Origin: the human T2T-CHM13v2.0 reference genome, Homo sapiens | Length of the DNA: 64,000 nucleotides | Assembly: GCF_009914755.1 (NCBI RefSeq) | Contig: NC_060930.1 | Reading direction: 5' to 3' (one strand) | Shown: positions 13,241-28,935 of the stretch, piece after piece | Numbering within the stretch: the stretch's first letter is position 1 | How the letters are laid out: each line of letters opens with the position of its first letter | Position numbers and translations under genes: made by a program | The notes under the pieces: generated by a model | Seen by the model: only the letters and a program-made list of their open reading frames with translations | Told to the model about the DNA's origin: nothing | Database searches by the model: none

Positions 13241-14789
13241 CAACAGATGTAAATCATCTCCCATCTCTCCCCACCAAACAAGAAACAAAACTTACCAAAT
13301 CTAGAAACGTATGTTTTTCTACAAGATAATCCCTTTTCAATACTGTTTTTGAAAATAATTTTAAGTGAGGAAGAGTAACCAAAGTTTTTTCTGTCTATTT
13401 CAGACTAAACACACGTTCAGGATAATGCTAAGAATATTTTAACTATTTTTTTCTAGTTTCTCTGCATTTGCTAGAAACTTTTTTTTTGGGAGTAAACTGG
13501 CTTTAAATGAATAGAAAAAATAATCTACTATGCATATGAATGGTTTCTGGAATTGAATTGTGCAGGCTTAAGTAAAGACATGTCCATGTCCATTTCTAGC
13601 TGCTGAGGGTTCTGTGTGAAATGCACCAGTGTGGGCAATGACCTTTTGCTTGATTATGCACAAGGCCACTGAAACGTTAAAATTAACTCTAACCTAATTA
13701 CTGAACTGCGGTGTTTATATTGTGTATACACCACCAGGTCATAACTCTAGCCTCTGTGAGCCCCAGCTGCCATAATTGAGAAATATGCCTTGCAAATGGT
13801 TGTTTTGTTTACTTGTTTTTTCTGCTGGAAGAGCTTGCTTTTCCTATTTTTGCAAAGAAACAGATGTAGGGAAGAGTTTCTGAATAAAGTTTAATTACAT
13901 TTTATATCTCAATGCAAAACATGTACATCTGTAAGTGAGATATTCCTTTTACTTTTGCGTTACATAAAATGTAATATCTGAAAGCACAATGCCACTTACT
14001 ATTCACTTTTTTGAGTAATAGCACATTTTAGGTAAGGAAATATCAATATACTAAATTCACATGCAGAAAATATGAATAGTTGCTAATTCCAAAAATAAAA
14101 GATATAGAAAATATGTGCATACTTAGGATCAAGAGTTAATATCTAATTAATTATAACTCATGAACAAAAATTATTGTCTTCACAGAAATAAGAACCTAGG
14201 TTTTCATAATGTAATTAGTAGAATACAATTTAGATGGCTAATTATTTCTTATGGAATATGTACATATGATAGTAAAATATTTCTCAGAATAATAAGTACA
14301 ATTGTAAACATCTGCTATGCTGCTTATCTGTTTTCCAGCCAACAGCAAAATCATGAAGGGATTTTGTTTTATTTCAAATTTGGTTTGTCTCAACAGCTAA
14401 GATACAGTTACTAAAGTATTTCATTGGCAAACCTGTAGTGGCTTCACATTTGTCTAGTTTGTCAAGGTCTTGAAATGTATAAGACAAGGGAGTTTTTAAA
14501 TTTAACTTCTCTCCATCAGTCCCTTGGCTTTCTACCATGTTTTATACCTTTTATGCCCTTCCTCCTACCTTGTCACCCTTTCCTTCCATCTCAGCAGATT
14601 TCTTCAATTTTGAATTAAAATTATCTGCTCATAGAATAACTGTTTCTTCTCATGTTCATCATCTTCAAAAACTAATATTTAATATTTGCAGTGTCAGCCT
14701 AGTGAACTAAGAAAGTATTGAAATAGTTTAAAAACCAGAACCATCTCAGTTAAGCTACAGATTTGTTATTTGTTTTATTCATTTCTTTG

Positions 14790-16060
14790 TTTGGCTTACA
14801 CAAAAGCTGTATTTTTAATATCAATAATGATGTGCATGCTCTTGTAAAAACACAAAAGCCTAAAAGATACATAAATAAAAAATTAATAATCTCACTCTCC
14901 CTCAGTCCAGTCCTTCCTCTGAGAAAAGCAATGTGAAAGTGGGTTGTATATTCTTCCACATTAATCTTCTGCTTATAGAAATAGACATATAAAAAATTTC
15001 CATAGAGAATGAATATATTATTTTCTTTATAAAAAGCATTTGACTTTTCTTTCTGTGTCTACAGAAAAAGAATAAATTGTGCACCTTAGTAGCTCAATAG
15101 TGTGTGCATGTTTACTTGTGTCATTTTAAAATTTGCATATCATGGACGTCTTTCTAATTCATCTTTTTAATAGCTGCAAAATGTTACATGCTATGAATAT
15201 CACATAATGTATTCAACCATTCTGCTATTGATGGATTGTAAAATTGTTTCCCATTTTTTTGCTCTTCTTACTGTAACAAAAATCTCTATCATGTTAATGA
15301 ATTGATACATTGACTTTCTATCAGAGGAAAAGGAGGTGATGCATCTTAGAATTTAGAGCACAGGCTTTGGAACCATGTGGTTTCAAATTTCAGTTGTGCT
15401 TTTTAACTATCGCTATGACTTTAAGCAAATTCTTTAGCCTTTACATATCCCATTTTTCCTCATCTGTACAATGGGGATGATAACACTAACTACATTACAA
15501 AGTTGTAGTGAGGAGTTATGAGTATGTATAAAACTTTCAGACTTGTGCCTGGCACAGAGTAAGCACTCAATAATTGTGAGATCTAATATTAAATGTAGTC
15601 CCAAACATTTGATGGATAAACCAAAGATGTGAATATTTTAAATATTAATATATTCTGCCAGATTATTTTTCAAAAAGGTGTTTCAGTTCACACGTGAAAT
15701 ATATCAAAATTACGTGTTTCCTCATATCCTGACTCTAACTGCATGTTATTAGTCCTTTAAACTCTTGCCAATCTGATTGACAAATGGTATTCTATTGTTT
15801 TATTGACATTTTCCTATTAATAAGGCTAATCTCATGTTTAGAGCCTATTTGAATTTCCACAGGATGCCTATTTATATGTTTTATCCAATTTTCTAATTTT
15901 TCTATTAAGTAAAACACCACTTAATAGGAATTATTTGTATATTAGAGATTAACCTTTTGTCATGTGCATAGCAAATATTTTTCTTATTCTAGTATTAACT
16001 TGACTATAATGTGTTTTGCTTTTCTTTTTTTATATTACTGATATACTTGAATTAGTTTAT
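14790..16060 (-). mobile_element. Old L1M fragments, interrupted by a MIR
   Basis: cataatgtattcaaccattctgctattgatgga...ttgtttcc; ttgccaatctgattgacaaatggtattctattgtttta; gcaaatatttttc are L1 3'-region motifs in antisense. Confidence 0.55.
15335..15590 (+). mobile_element. MIR SINE
   Basis: Core tttcctcatctgtacaatggggatgataa and 3' end gtgcctggcacagagtaagcactcaataa. Confidence 0.85.
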
Positions 16061-16064
16061 TTTT

Positions 16065-18146
<2,082 letters not shown>

Positions 18147-19264
18147 GGTTTTTTTTTTCTGTTTGGTTTTTTGTTTTATTTTGCTTTGTTTTTGTAATTA
18201 CAACTTCTCCTTCTCAGATGCTGATTTTAATAAAAATTGTTAGATACTGCAATCTTACATGTGTGGGTATTCATTCACAAACATTATAGGTGACAGTTGT
18301 GTGCCAGACATAGTGCTAAGCACACTAGGGTAAATATATTTGCATGTACATATGATCATAGGTATGTATAAGCTATCTTGTCCTATATCCCTCATAAACT
18401 CTTCTGCCTGTGCTGATGTAATTAAGAAGACTTATGTTAGAACTAATTCTAGATTTCTTCCTCTTATGTAGGAATAACAAAACATAAAACATCAGAATAA
18501 GTCAAAAAGTACCTTGGAGATGCATACTTCACCATTCTTTTTTGCAATAAACAACACGAAAGAGTTAAAGTGACTTTGCCGAAGTGACATTATCACAAAG
18601 CTGGTAATGACAGAAAAGAAATGTGAATCCCAGTGCATTATAGTTTCCACTGTATCATAAGGCTTTATGGACACAATATTTTGTGAAGTATTGTTTACCA
18701 TGAACTGTGTTGACGGTGTTAATTCAATTTGTGGAGCTATCCACATATTTAATAATATATCACCATACTAACTGTGCTTACTTGCTTCTTTTGTTTTTTT
18801 TTAATCACTTCTTAGGGTCTTATTTTTAAGCAGCAAGGGGAGCCACCTACTTGAGCCACTCTCCCCTGCTGCAATGGAAAACAGTCTCCCTTCAATAAAA
18901 TGGCTATTCTAGCACTTTGTTCTCACTGTCTGATGTGGCTTGGGGCCAGGTATTCTGTAAAGCAGATTTGAGCATTAGACTAAGAGAGTTATCCTCAGAA
19001 AGGTGTTCTGAGAAGGTCTGCCAAAAAAGTTGAGGCTTAAAAAAAAATGTAAGTAGGAGTAGGAAGAGGAGACTTTTAGTGGGCATTTGACTGGGTCTTG
19101 CTTTCCTCCTGGTAATAGATTGCTTGGCTATCTACAGATGCTTACAAGATGAGAAAATTGGAGTAGAAAAAAATTGTTTTAAAATGGATTTTAGCAACAG
19201 AACCCTCTGCTCTGTTGAAATTGCATGTAGAGCCCAATTTATACAATGGATAAAAAATAGATGT

Positions 19265-19368
19265 GCCTTATTGTTGGCAAAGATGTGGGAAAAGTTGGAA
19301 CTATCATGCACTATTGATGGGAATGTAAAATAGTACAGCCAGCCACTATGAAAACAGCATGGTGGTTC

Positions 19369-19402
<34 letters not shown>

Positions 19403-20017
19403 TATACATATATATATAAAGTTATACATATATATATAATTACCATATAATCCAGCAATTTCATTTGAGCGTATACCCAAATGAATTGAAAATAGAATCT
19501 CAAAGAGATAGTTTTACACCCATGTTCATAGCAGCATTATTTACAATAGCTAAAAGTTGGGGTGGCAGCAACTACAGTGTTCATTGATGGATGAATAGAT
19601 TAAACAAATTGTGATATATACATACAATGAGATATTATTGTCTTTAAGAAGGAAGAAAATTCTAACTCACGCCACAGCATAGATAAACCTTAAAGACTTT
19701 ATACTAAGTAACTTCAAAGAGTTACAAAATGGCAAATACTATATGATTTTACTTATATGAAGTACCTAAAGTAGCAAGTTAATAGAATAAAAAGTAAAAT
19801 GATAGTTGCCAGGAGGTAAGGAAGGCTAAATGGTGAGTGATTATTTAATGGATACAGACTTTTCAAATTTTGGAAGATGAAAAGAGTTCTGAAGATGGAT
19901 GCTGGTGATGGCTATACAACAGTGTGAATGTACTTAATGCCACTGAACTGTACACTTAAAAATGGTTAAGGTAGTTATGTGTTTTTTACCCCAATTTAAA
20001 ATAAAATAAAAATAAAC
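19265..20017 (+). mobile_element. L1MB-type 3' end in sense orientation
   Basis: tgttggcaaagatgtgggaaaagttggaa...cccatgttcatagcagcattatttacaatagc...gtacttaatgccactgaactgtacacttaaaatgg, followed by an A-rich tail. Confidence 0.9.
19368..19438. repeat. (CA)n plus (TA)n microsatellite inside the L1MB
   Basis: Directly visible. Confidence 0.95.
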
Positions 20018-21649
20018 TAAGTGCCTCTATTGAAGTAAGGTCTAGCCAACCAGTAGCTCTATACCAAAGTACTGTATTTTAAAACTGTTGAACAAGATGT
20101 TTTCTAAAACCTCTTTTATATTTTTCAGTTATAATCATGGTAAAATCTGTATTTGACATTCCTGTGGACTTTTTGCTACAGAAAAGCACAGTATTTTTTT
20201 CTTAGGAAAATTGCTTGACTCTCAGAAGGAAAAATATATCAGTGTGCTCCCCAAGGCATTGTGCAGAGGTTATATCAGATGTCTTGGAGTCCATTATGCT
20301 GTAGCTGTAGGATGTTGTAGGGTAGCAAGAAATAAGTAACTTTGAGAAGTGGCTCTCATGATATACTAACATGCTGGGCTTTGTATTTCTTTCTTTCTAG
20401 GTTTTCTCCTCAAGTTTGCATTCATTTATACTAACTTATAGAAACATCCCTTCCACATTTGTCATTATGACTATAGTAAAACTATGGAAAACAAAGATGA
20501 AACTGTAACATTCCTAAAACATATACTGTATACATAACCTTTAGCTTGTTGTAATGTTTAACACACGACACTGTATCACTTTAAACAACATCTCTTCCTC
20601 TTATTTGTCCCATCTAATCCTCTGGCATAATGTTTTTTTCATGATTTCTGTCATTTATCCTTCCTCTTTTTGATTGCTAAATACATAATCTAAAATGTTA
20701 GGTTGCAAACTAGCTTCAAATTGGCTAGGAGCTTGGGAGAACTACTCTGAAAACTTTTTATATAAACTCTAAGGAGGTCAAATTCAGAAAAATCTCAGCT
20801 GCTGGACTTGGATCCCATTAACCACTGATCATTTATAATTAATATTAATAAATGGCAGATGACACATGTATATTGCTTAACTAAAAATGTGTGTGTAGTA
20901 TTAAATTTTTTAAAAGTTAGTTAAGACCCAGAGGACCTGAATATATGTATTGGAATAATGAAAAGAACAAAACTACCAACATGTGATCTAGTATCTTCTA
21001 ACTACAAGCACCTAAAGTTCCAGAGGAAACAGAAGTACTTTTAATTCATCATATTACATATTGTATTGCCATGAAACTCTATACCTTTACACTGAAATGC
21101 CTGTTTCACAAGCCTATATTAATCTGGACAATTGGCTTATTAATCATTATAGATATACAGATATAAATATATATATATAATATATACACAAACACACACA
21201 TACAGACACCTGTTAATTTCCTAGTCTAAAACCAAATTGTTTAATACATATGGTTTTTATAATCAGAAATTTAAAAAAATATCCAAATGCTGAGTTGCTT
21301 TAAATCCTAATGTTCCATAGAGCCCCACTAAATAATATAACAGCTGGAAGGGATTTATTCATCTCTGGACACTAAGGAGTTAGGGCACAGTAGTTCAGTT
21401 ACCTGGTTATATAATTCTGGGAACCTATACAATGATTAAAATGGAAATGAGACCTCCAGTTACTGCAATGAAGGTAAATGGTTTTCCAGGGGAATTACAC
21501 TTGGACTCAAAATCACCTTACAAAAAGCCAAAAGACAGAAACATGTATTCGCTTGGGCTATATGTCCTTATTCAACCATATCCATTACCATAACCATATT
21601 AACATAGATTCTTTCTGATTGGACTGTGATTTAATAATAATATTATTTG

Positions 21650-21835
21650 TTTAAATGTTGGCAATTTTACATAATTATCTCATTTAAAATTCTTTAAATA
21701 TTGCAGGCATATATGCATTATTATTATCGACTGCATTTTAAAGATGAGGAAATTGAGGCTTTGAGTGTGAGTAGTAGATTTCACACTCAAAGACCAGGAC
21801 TCACACTCAGACCTAATTCTGAGTCCAGTGATATT
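21650..21835 (-). mobile_element. MIR SINE
   Basis: cattttaaagatgaggaaattgaggct core in antisense. Confidence 0.7.
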
Positions 21836-24800
21836 TCAAGTATTTGAGGCTGAAAAGAGTATATAACTACCTTAAGAATGTCAGTTAATAAGCAAGTTAG
21901 TCAGTACTAGAACCTAAATCTTTTGTCAATCTGATCTTTCCATTCTGTCTTTTTCAACACTTTTGCCCTGTGTTCAAGAGGATCATTTATTTCTAATCAT
22001 CTGCTCTTTTCTAACTATACTTATCACACATGAGGCTTAGCATCAACCATTATTTCTTATTAATGATATTATCATTGTTGAAAAAATTGAAAACCTCTTT
22101 TTACCACCAAATCTGCTTCATCTTTCTGTTTACAACCATTTTGTTATTCAAATAACAAACTTAACTATAATAAGCAAATTGGCCAGTGATTTCCCCTTTT
22201 GCTTCAAATCATTCTGATGTTTTAAAGCCAAATAGTTTTCACAAATTGCCAACATTGTATTCAAATGCACTAAATGGTTATGTTAGTGCTATCATGTTGT
22301 CTAAACAAAGGCGCTGTCAGTCAGTAGAGTCAGTGACCTTCAGGCTGTTAAGTGGTTTGTGCAATTTTCACAGGATTATGCTTAAATATAAATCCTAATA
22401 AAGAATCTCACTTGGCTTTTTAAAAGGTTGTTAAAATTAATACTTAATCCAATTCCTATAAAATAATATTGAAGACATAAAGTAAAATTTACTAAAAAAA
22501 ATGTATTTCAAAGGTTTGGATTTTCTACTCAATTTATGAAGCATATATGGTCTCCTAAATGCTGTGTGAATCATTGGACATGCCAGACATGAAGCAAACT
22601 TCCCACCCCAGGAGGCTTCTCAGCCTGAAGCAAGCTGTAAGTGGGTAGAGTTCCAAGAGGGAACACAACGTGCATGTGCGAGGAAAGCAGATGCAGCATG
22701 ACTTTGGGTTTGTTCTTTGGGAACACACAACTATATGGAAAAATACATGCTGCTCCCAATTGCTGTAGACATCTGCTGAAGGCACGTGAGATTGAGACTA
22801 GGGAATGGTACAGAATTTCTCCTAGAATATTGTAGTTTAACTTTGGAAGCAAGGGGAATTGGCTGTTAACCGAATAAGAGTTTCATTCTAACATGAAAAT
22901 TGTACAGCGTGCTCATTCGTGTGGGCGCACAGAGGGCGTTAAGCTATTTCTTTATAAAAATATGGGAACATTGATTTCCTTTAGCAGTATTATTTGATAT
23001 CTATTTACAGTTTAGTTGGGTTGTCAAACATCAGTGCATTTCTAATAACATGTGTGTTTGTGATACCTTGCTCGTGGCAAAGGCTTAAAAATTTAAAAAG
23101 GCTTTGAAATACTTTTTAGGCATGAAATTGAGCTCACAAAATAAGCTTAATGGCAAATTAGTCAGGAACACATGGATATGTTTCCTTTAATTTGTATACA
23201 GATTTTCAGAATTAAGATGTGGTAAAACCTACTAGCAGTCTATTAAGCCTTCTAAGGCACTTGCAACATAATTAGAGATTTGCAAATTCAAGGTTGGCCT
23301 AATAGAAAAACGAACAAATTTGTGTTTGCATTTTAGCATTGCCTGAGTATTTTTACAAACACTTCATTTAGCATAATTTTGAAATGGTGGATATGTTCTG
23401 ATCAGAGGACTAAGCAGTATGAAGAAAGCAAAAGAAACATGTTTTTAAAATCAGGGTAATAGATACATTAAGAAACTGCTTCTGTGCTAGCTTTTATTTT
23501 GTTACCATTGTCCTATGGGAAGATGAGGACTATAATTTTTCAAGTTGACCTCCCTGCCACCATATTCTCTAGAGCCACTAGAATGGCTTACTCTGTTTTC
23601 CTCAAAGATTTAAGTGTATGTGTGCTACACAATTATTTAACACTTCAATAATAAAATAATTGAAAGTAATTGTATGGAGTCATAGAACTGAACATAGTCA
23701 CCAACACATTTTTTTAAAGTATTTTATGGTCTATTTGTGTTTCTTTTCAGTGATATAAGAGATTTTCATTTGAAGTACCCATGAAAGTTTTCTTAGGGCA
23801 GTTCAAAGGGAAGTCTGACAGAAAGAGTGTTTAGGTTGATGAAGAAGCTTTCTACCCTTGGGCAGCTTTATCTTAAACTTTAAACTAACCATGGAATCAT
23901 ATGAGTGAGGAACTCTTAGACTTCTTTCATTTATATCCCTAACTTTAAGCATAGATGCATGAAAATTTATTTGATTTTAAGACTTCTTAGTGAATGGATT
24001 TTCAACCTTACTTCAATGCAAAAAGGTGATTTTCCCCAGCTTATCAAAAGCTTTCAATGCTCATTCTCTTTACATTCAATAATTCATTTGTCTCCTAATG
24101 TATACATTTTCCCAAATTAAAAATATTCATTTATATTTTTTCCTGTATTTGCCCTTTTGTCTGTCTTAAGTTGGCCCATTTGTTTTATTTTGGTTATTTG
24201 TCTAACTTAGAAAATAGAATTCCTTTATTGAATATAAAGTCCCAAAGCATGTTACTTAGTTTGTGTTTCAATATTCAGCATCTTGCGGAATATTGAAAAC
24301 CAGTAAGTAAGAGCTTTGCTAGTTTCAATTACAGAACATGTTTGAAAAACATGCAGTTGTGTTACCTTCTTCAGTGGTGGCATATGGTTAATCTACCACC
24401 ACCAAGTGGAAATTGGGTAGGTGACTACTTCAGTTATCAAATAATACTGCCTGGTAACATCAATTTTGTTCGTATATGAGCATAAAGTACTGGAAAACTT
24501 TATACTTTTGGATCATTTAAATGCATCTAAAAATCATAGTTTGTTTCAATATTAATTTGCTTAAGAAATCCTTTTTCTCCCTGTCAACATTGCAGAGGCC
24601 AATTTTAGCACAGTTGTGACAGTTCCTTCTAACTCATAAATTACAAATTGATGGCCTTAAACTGATTTTGTTGTTACTCAGCCTCATTTCTGCATCTTAA
24701 GACTGGTCTCATCCTGAAAACTAGTAAGAAGAGATCTAATATCAAACCTGGATATTCTTAAAGACTGGATTATTTAAGACTCGTTCACCAAATTTTCTAA

Positions 24801-27800
24801 TACCAGTAAATGGGGACACATTATATTGAATAAGGGTATTGTTAGCCAAATTCTAAGATTCATCTTAAATTGTTTTCTTATAAGAATTGTGTATTTACCA
24901 TTTTAAAAATCACTATTATTTTAAAACACTTAGAAAGTGAACATTTGAAAATGATGTGCCTTTGGATGCTCTGTAATGTTAAGCAGATCCAGACATAAAG
25001 ACAAAAGTAAATTCCAGAGTATTTTTGTAGCCATGGAATCACCATAAAAAGGGGTTTTTGACCCCAATGTTACCGTAACATTGTCTTCAGCATTTCATAT
25101 TTAATTACAGTAGATTACTCACCAATATAATAAATATAGATTTATGAGATACTTTAATGTTCTAAAACAAATGAAAACCACCCAAGAGGAGCCTCACCAA
25201 ACCTGAGGTTGTCCAGATTGCATTGACTAAGATTAAGTAAAAGATCATTCATCTCCAGAGGTCATGCAATTAATCTCAGAGTGGGAGTTAAAGCAATGAC
25301 TAAGCAGAAAAGGAAGCCAAATACAAGCTCGTAACAAAAGGTGCTGGGGCTCCAACATCAAGGAACTTGTTATTTCCTTTTTATTTATTTATTTTTTTTT
25401 AATAGACCTAAAACACTCATTCCTTACTACTGGTTTCTTTGGGTCCTAAAATTCCACTTGGTTAGGTCAGCTATTTTCCATGACTATTTTTGATACGGTC
25501 AAACAAATACAAAGAATAAGCTTTTAAAAAACTACAGTGGGTTTTCATGTCTAGGAAAACAACATGACACTTCATTTTATGTGTCAACAGAAAGTAATTT
25601 AGGATGAATGTATAATAATCCAGGGTTTGAACAATGAAAAAGCTCAAGATACACTTTAAGGAAGACATATTCTACTCCAGGGTTTTATAATTATTTAAAT
25701 TCAAATAAAATCAAAGTTCATCTTCACTTAACTTAGGTACCTGATACCTGTTGCAAAATATTGAGGAAAATGTTTGGCTGTCATTCCTTGAAGCTGAATC
25801 TTTATACCCTTGCTTGATAATCCCTCAATTCCCTGTGGCAGCAAATTTTTATTTCTAGTAAACACAACTTGTTTTTTCCTTCACCTTATTGAGATTCAAA
25901 ACCTTGTGTTTTAAACCAAGAATAATTTTGAACTTGGTCGTTCCTTATTGCAAGGACTTCCTCCAACTAGGGTGAATTTTCACCCACGATTAGCCTGCCT
26001 TTGGAGTTTATGATGTGAAGTGCCACAGCTGATGGCCCATGAAAGAGACTGCTAAGTCTATTGCTCACATCAATATTCCCGCTGGATATTTTGCTCATTC
26101 CTTGGGAATTTCAAAGAATAACAAATAACCAACAAATCATCAAAAACTGTAACATGTTACCCAATTCTTGGGAATAAGCCAGTGAGACTAAAATCTGCTT
26201 AAGTATCACAAATGTGAATTCCCAGCATTTCAAGCTTGTAAACTGTATCCAACACTCACCAATGTCTATTCCATTTCTTAGCTGTACAGAAGGGGCACAT
26301 TCATCTGGTAACTGTCAACAATGAGGTTCCTTCCTTCTTGAACCCAGCTGGCCATACAAGCAGGCAGGAGTTGCATGTTTGACCCTGAGACAGCAAAGGG
26401 TATTGCCCTGTTGGGAAGACAACAGGATTGCGATGTAATCTGGAATCAATTTGAGATTAGCACCAGATGCTCCATGCCAGTAATAAGTGCTGATCATAAG
26501 ACTTAATTTTGTATGCTATTAGAATTAATGATAAGGTATAAGCATAGTATGTCCCAAACTATAGGAATGAATAAGAGCAGAGTGAAAAACTGAAATGGTA
26601 AAACAAGAATAGAAGTTTTAAAATAGGTAAATTGAAAATATTTGTTTACTTTATTTTCATAGCTTGAGTAAAAGAGTTGGAAGACAAAGGAGAAAAGGAC
26701 TTGCAAGAAGCCAATTTTTTTTTTTATGAATGTGTTTGTTTTTCCTCAAAAGTCAGTCGTAAATGCTCTTCAGGGAAGGGAGTCAGAGAGAGCCAAATAG
26801 TGGTCTTAAAGTTTTGTTTGTGTTATTATAGTTCTCTTGGTTTTTTTTTTACAAAAAGAGAATGGTGAAATAACTTTTGTCACGTTAGTATTAGTCTCAT
26901 AATCAGTGGAACACAGTCCTTTTTTGAGTCATTCCTGAAATAGAAATGAGCATGAAATGAGCCTGGTATTCATTGAATATTAATAGGTACATTTAGATGC
27001 ATGTCTAGGACTGTGCAGTATATGAGAGATCCTTTACTAGTCATCTTGAATTTAAATATTGAAATGGTAACTAATTATATTTCACTGTATACACTTTTAA
27101 ATAGTAGATTATATATTATAGTTGGTAAGGGGAAACATATTGTATTATTTGGCTGGACAACAGCTAATAGTATCACAGACAACTCCTTGAGATTCTCTAA
27201 GTTCTACACATAAGCTTCTTAATTACCAAACTCATAACAGAATATGTGTCTTGAAGCAGCTTTGAGTCCTATTTTTTATATAATTATAAAAATAGAAGTC
27301 AGGTTAAAAAATGATTAATATTGGTGCAAAAATGGTTTTAGGTATCCCTTCAAAGATTCTCCTAAAATGATTTGTAATCTGGCAAATAAAAATATTCTCC
27401 ATGCTATAAATATGCTCAGTAATAAGTCAGAAATAGAATATCAATTTCTGTGAATTTTCAAAGAAAAACATGCTGGGTTAAGGGCCAACATCATATAACA
27501 TTTATTGCTTTGTATTACATTATACACACACAAACACACACATGTTTTGTGAACTTTTATAAATGGAATCAATAAAAATATGTGTATATAAAATATATTG
27601 TTCTAGATATGAACTATATTTTTATATTATACTTCAAAAATATGAAAATATTGCTGAGAAAGGACCATCTGTGTCTTCTCACATCTAACTTTTCTTGATT
27701 ATTTCTAGGAAAGCAGACTAAACACACAGTTCTGACATAATACAGCATCCCATTTTGATTTCTGGTTAGCTCAGAAGGCTTTACCAGCCAAAGAAAGTCT

Positions 27801-28194
27801 CTGAAAAGGGCAAACCTTTCTGACCTCAGGAGGTTCTGATAGGAAGAACTGAAGCGGTGAACACCCAGAGGAGAGAAAACATGGGAATAAATTCCCCAAA
27901 GTTCTGTAACCACAGTGATGTGGGTGCATAGAGGAAGACATAATTTCATTCTTAAAGAATGTCCCTGTTTTCACATTCTTTCATTTGTCTTAAAGTTGAT
28001 CTTGCAGATGATATAGTCCAGATGAATTTCTGCTTAATAAGAATTCTTGTTCACAAATTGACAGAAAAATATACCAACCATATATGTAAAAACACAGTGG
28101 AGAATACCCAAGCATACCATAATACCTTTCTCATAATTCAGCTAATAATCTATCAGATCATTTTTAGGAAAAGGAAATTTTTGCTTCTTACAAT

Positions 28195-28232
28195 AATTAG
28201 ATTGAGAGTAGAGAATTAGATTGAGAGTAGAG
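28195..28232. repeat. Perfect 19-bp tandem duplication AATTAGATTGAGAGTAGAG x2
   Basis: Directly visible. Confidence 0.95.
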
Positions 28233-28531
28233 GTATAAACTCGTAATAAAAATTAGAATGTGGTTTCTTTCTGATGCTCCGCTTCCTTTGATTTATTAGT
28301 TTGCATCTTATCAATAAATTCACCTTATCCAAATTTGCTGGAACAAAGTTTTCAAAAAGGAAATTAAGGCTCTTATGTGCTAATATTCTGTGTAGACAAA
28401 TTAGATGCTGCTCATAACCAAAACGATCTCATTTAGTTTACTCTAGAACATTTGAATAGTGGGATGAGGGTCTTTAAAACTGTTTTGGACATGTGAACTG
28501 AAATATAAGAAAACCATTACAAAGTTGGGTT

Positions 28532-28935
28532 TGTATTAGTTTTTTGTTGCTGTCATCATAAATTACCAAAAACTTAGTGTCCTAAATGACACAAATTTAT
28601 TATCTTACAATTCTGTAGGTGAGAAGGTTGACACAAGTTTTACCATGCTAAAATCAAGGCATCAGTAAGGCTGTGTTCCTTTTTGGCAACTCTAGGGTAG
28701 AATCCACTTACTTGTCTTTTCCAGATTTTACAGGCTGCTCACAATCCTTGGTTCATGGCCCCTTTCTCCAGCCTCAAAGCCTCAAGTGGCAGGTTGAGTC
28801 CTTTTCACACAGCATCTCTCTGACACACTCTTCTGCCTCTTCTTCCACTTTCCACTTTTAAGGACTCATGTAATTAAATGGACCAATCTGGATAATTCCA
28901 GATAATCTCTGCATCTCATGGTCAGCTGATTAGCT
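28532..28935 (-). mobile_element. MaLR LTR (MLT1C/D-like), truncated
   Basis: tgtattagttt...acacaaatttattatcttacaattctgtagg...ctaaaatcaagg...ttttaaggactcatgtaatta...ggataattccagataatctc. Confidence 0.85.

Noticed and set aside
14022-14037. Recursive splice site ttttAG|GTAAGG
   Set aside because: The pyrimidine tract is short with nearby upstream AGs, and such motifs are expected by chance in 40 kb.
22576-22594. p53 response element GGACATGCCAGACATGAAG
   Set aside because: The CATG cores are 9 bp apart rather than 10, and the second half-site is poor.
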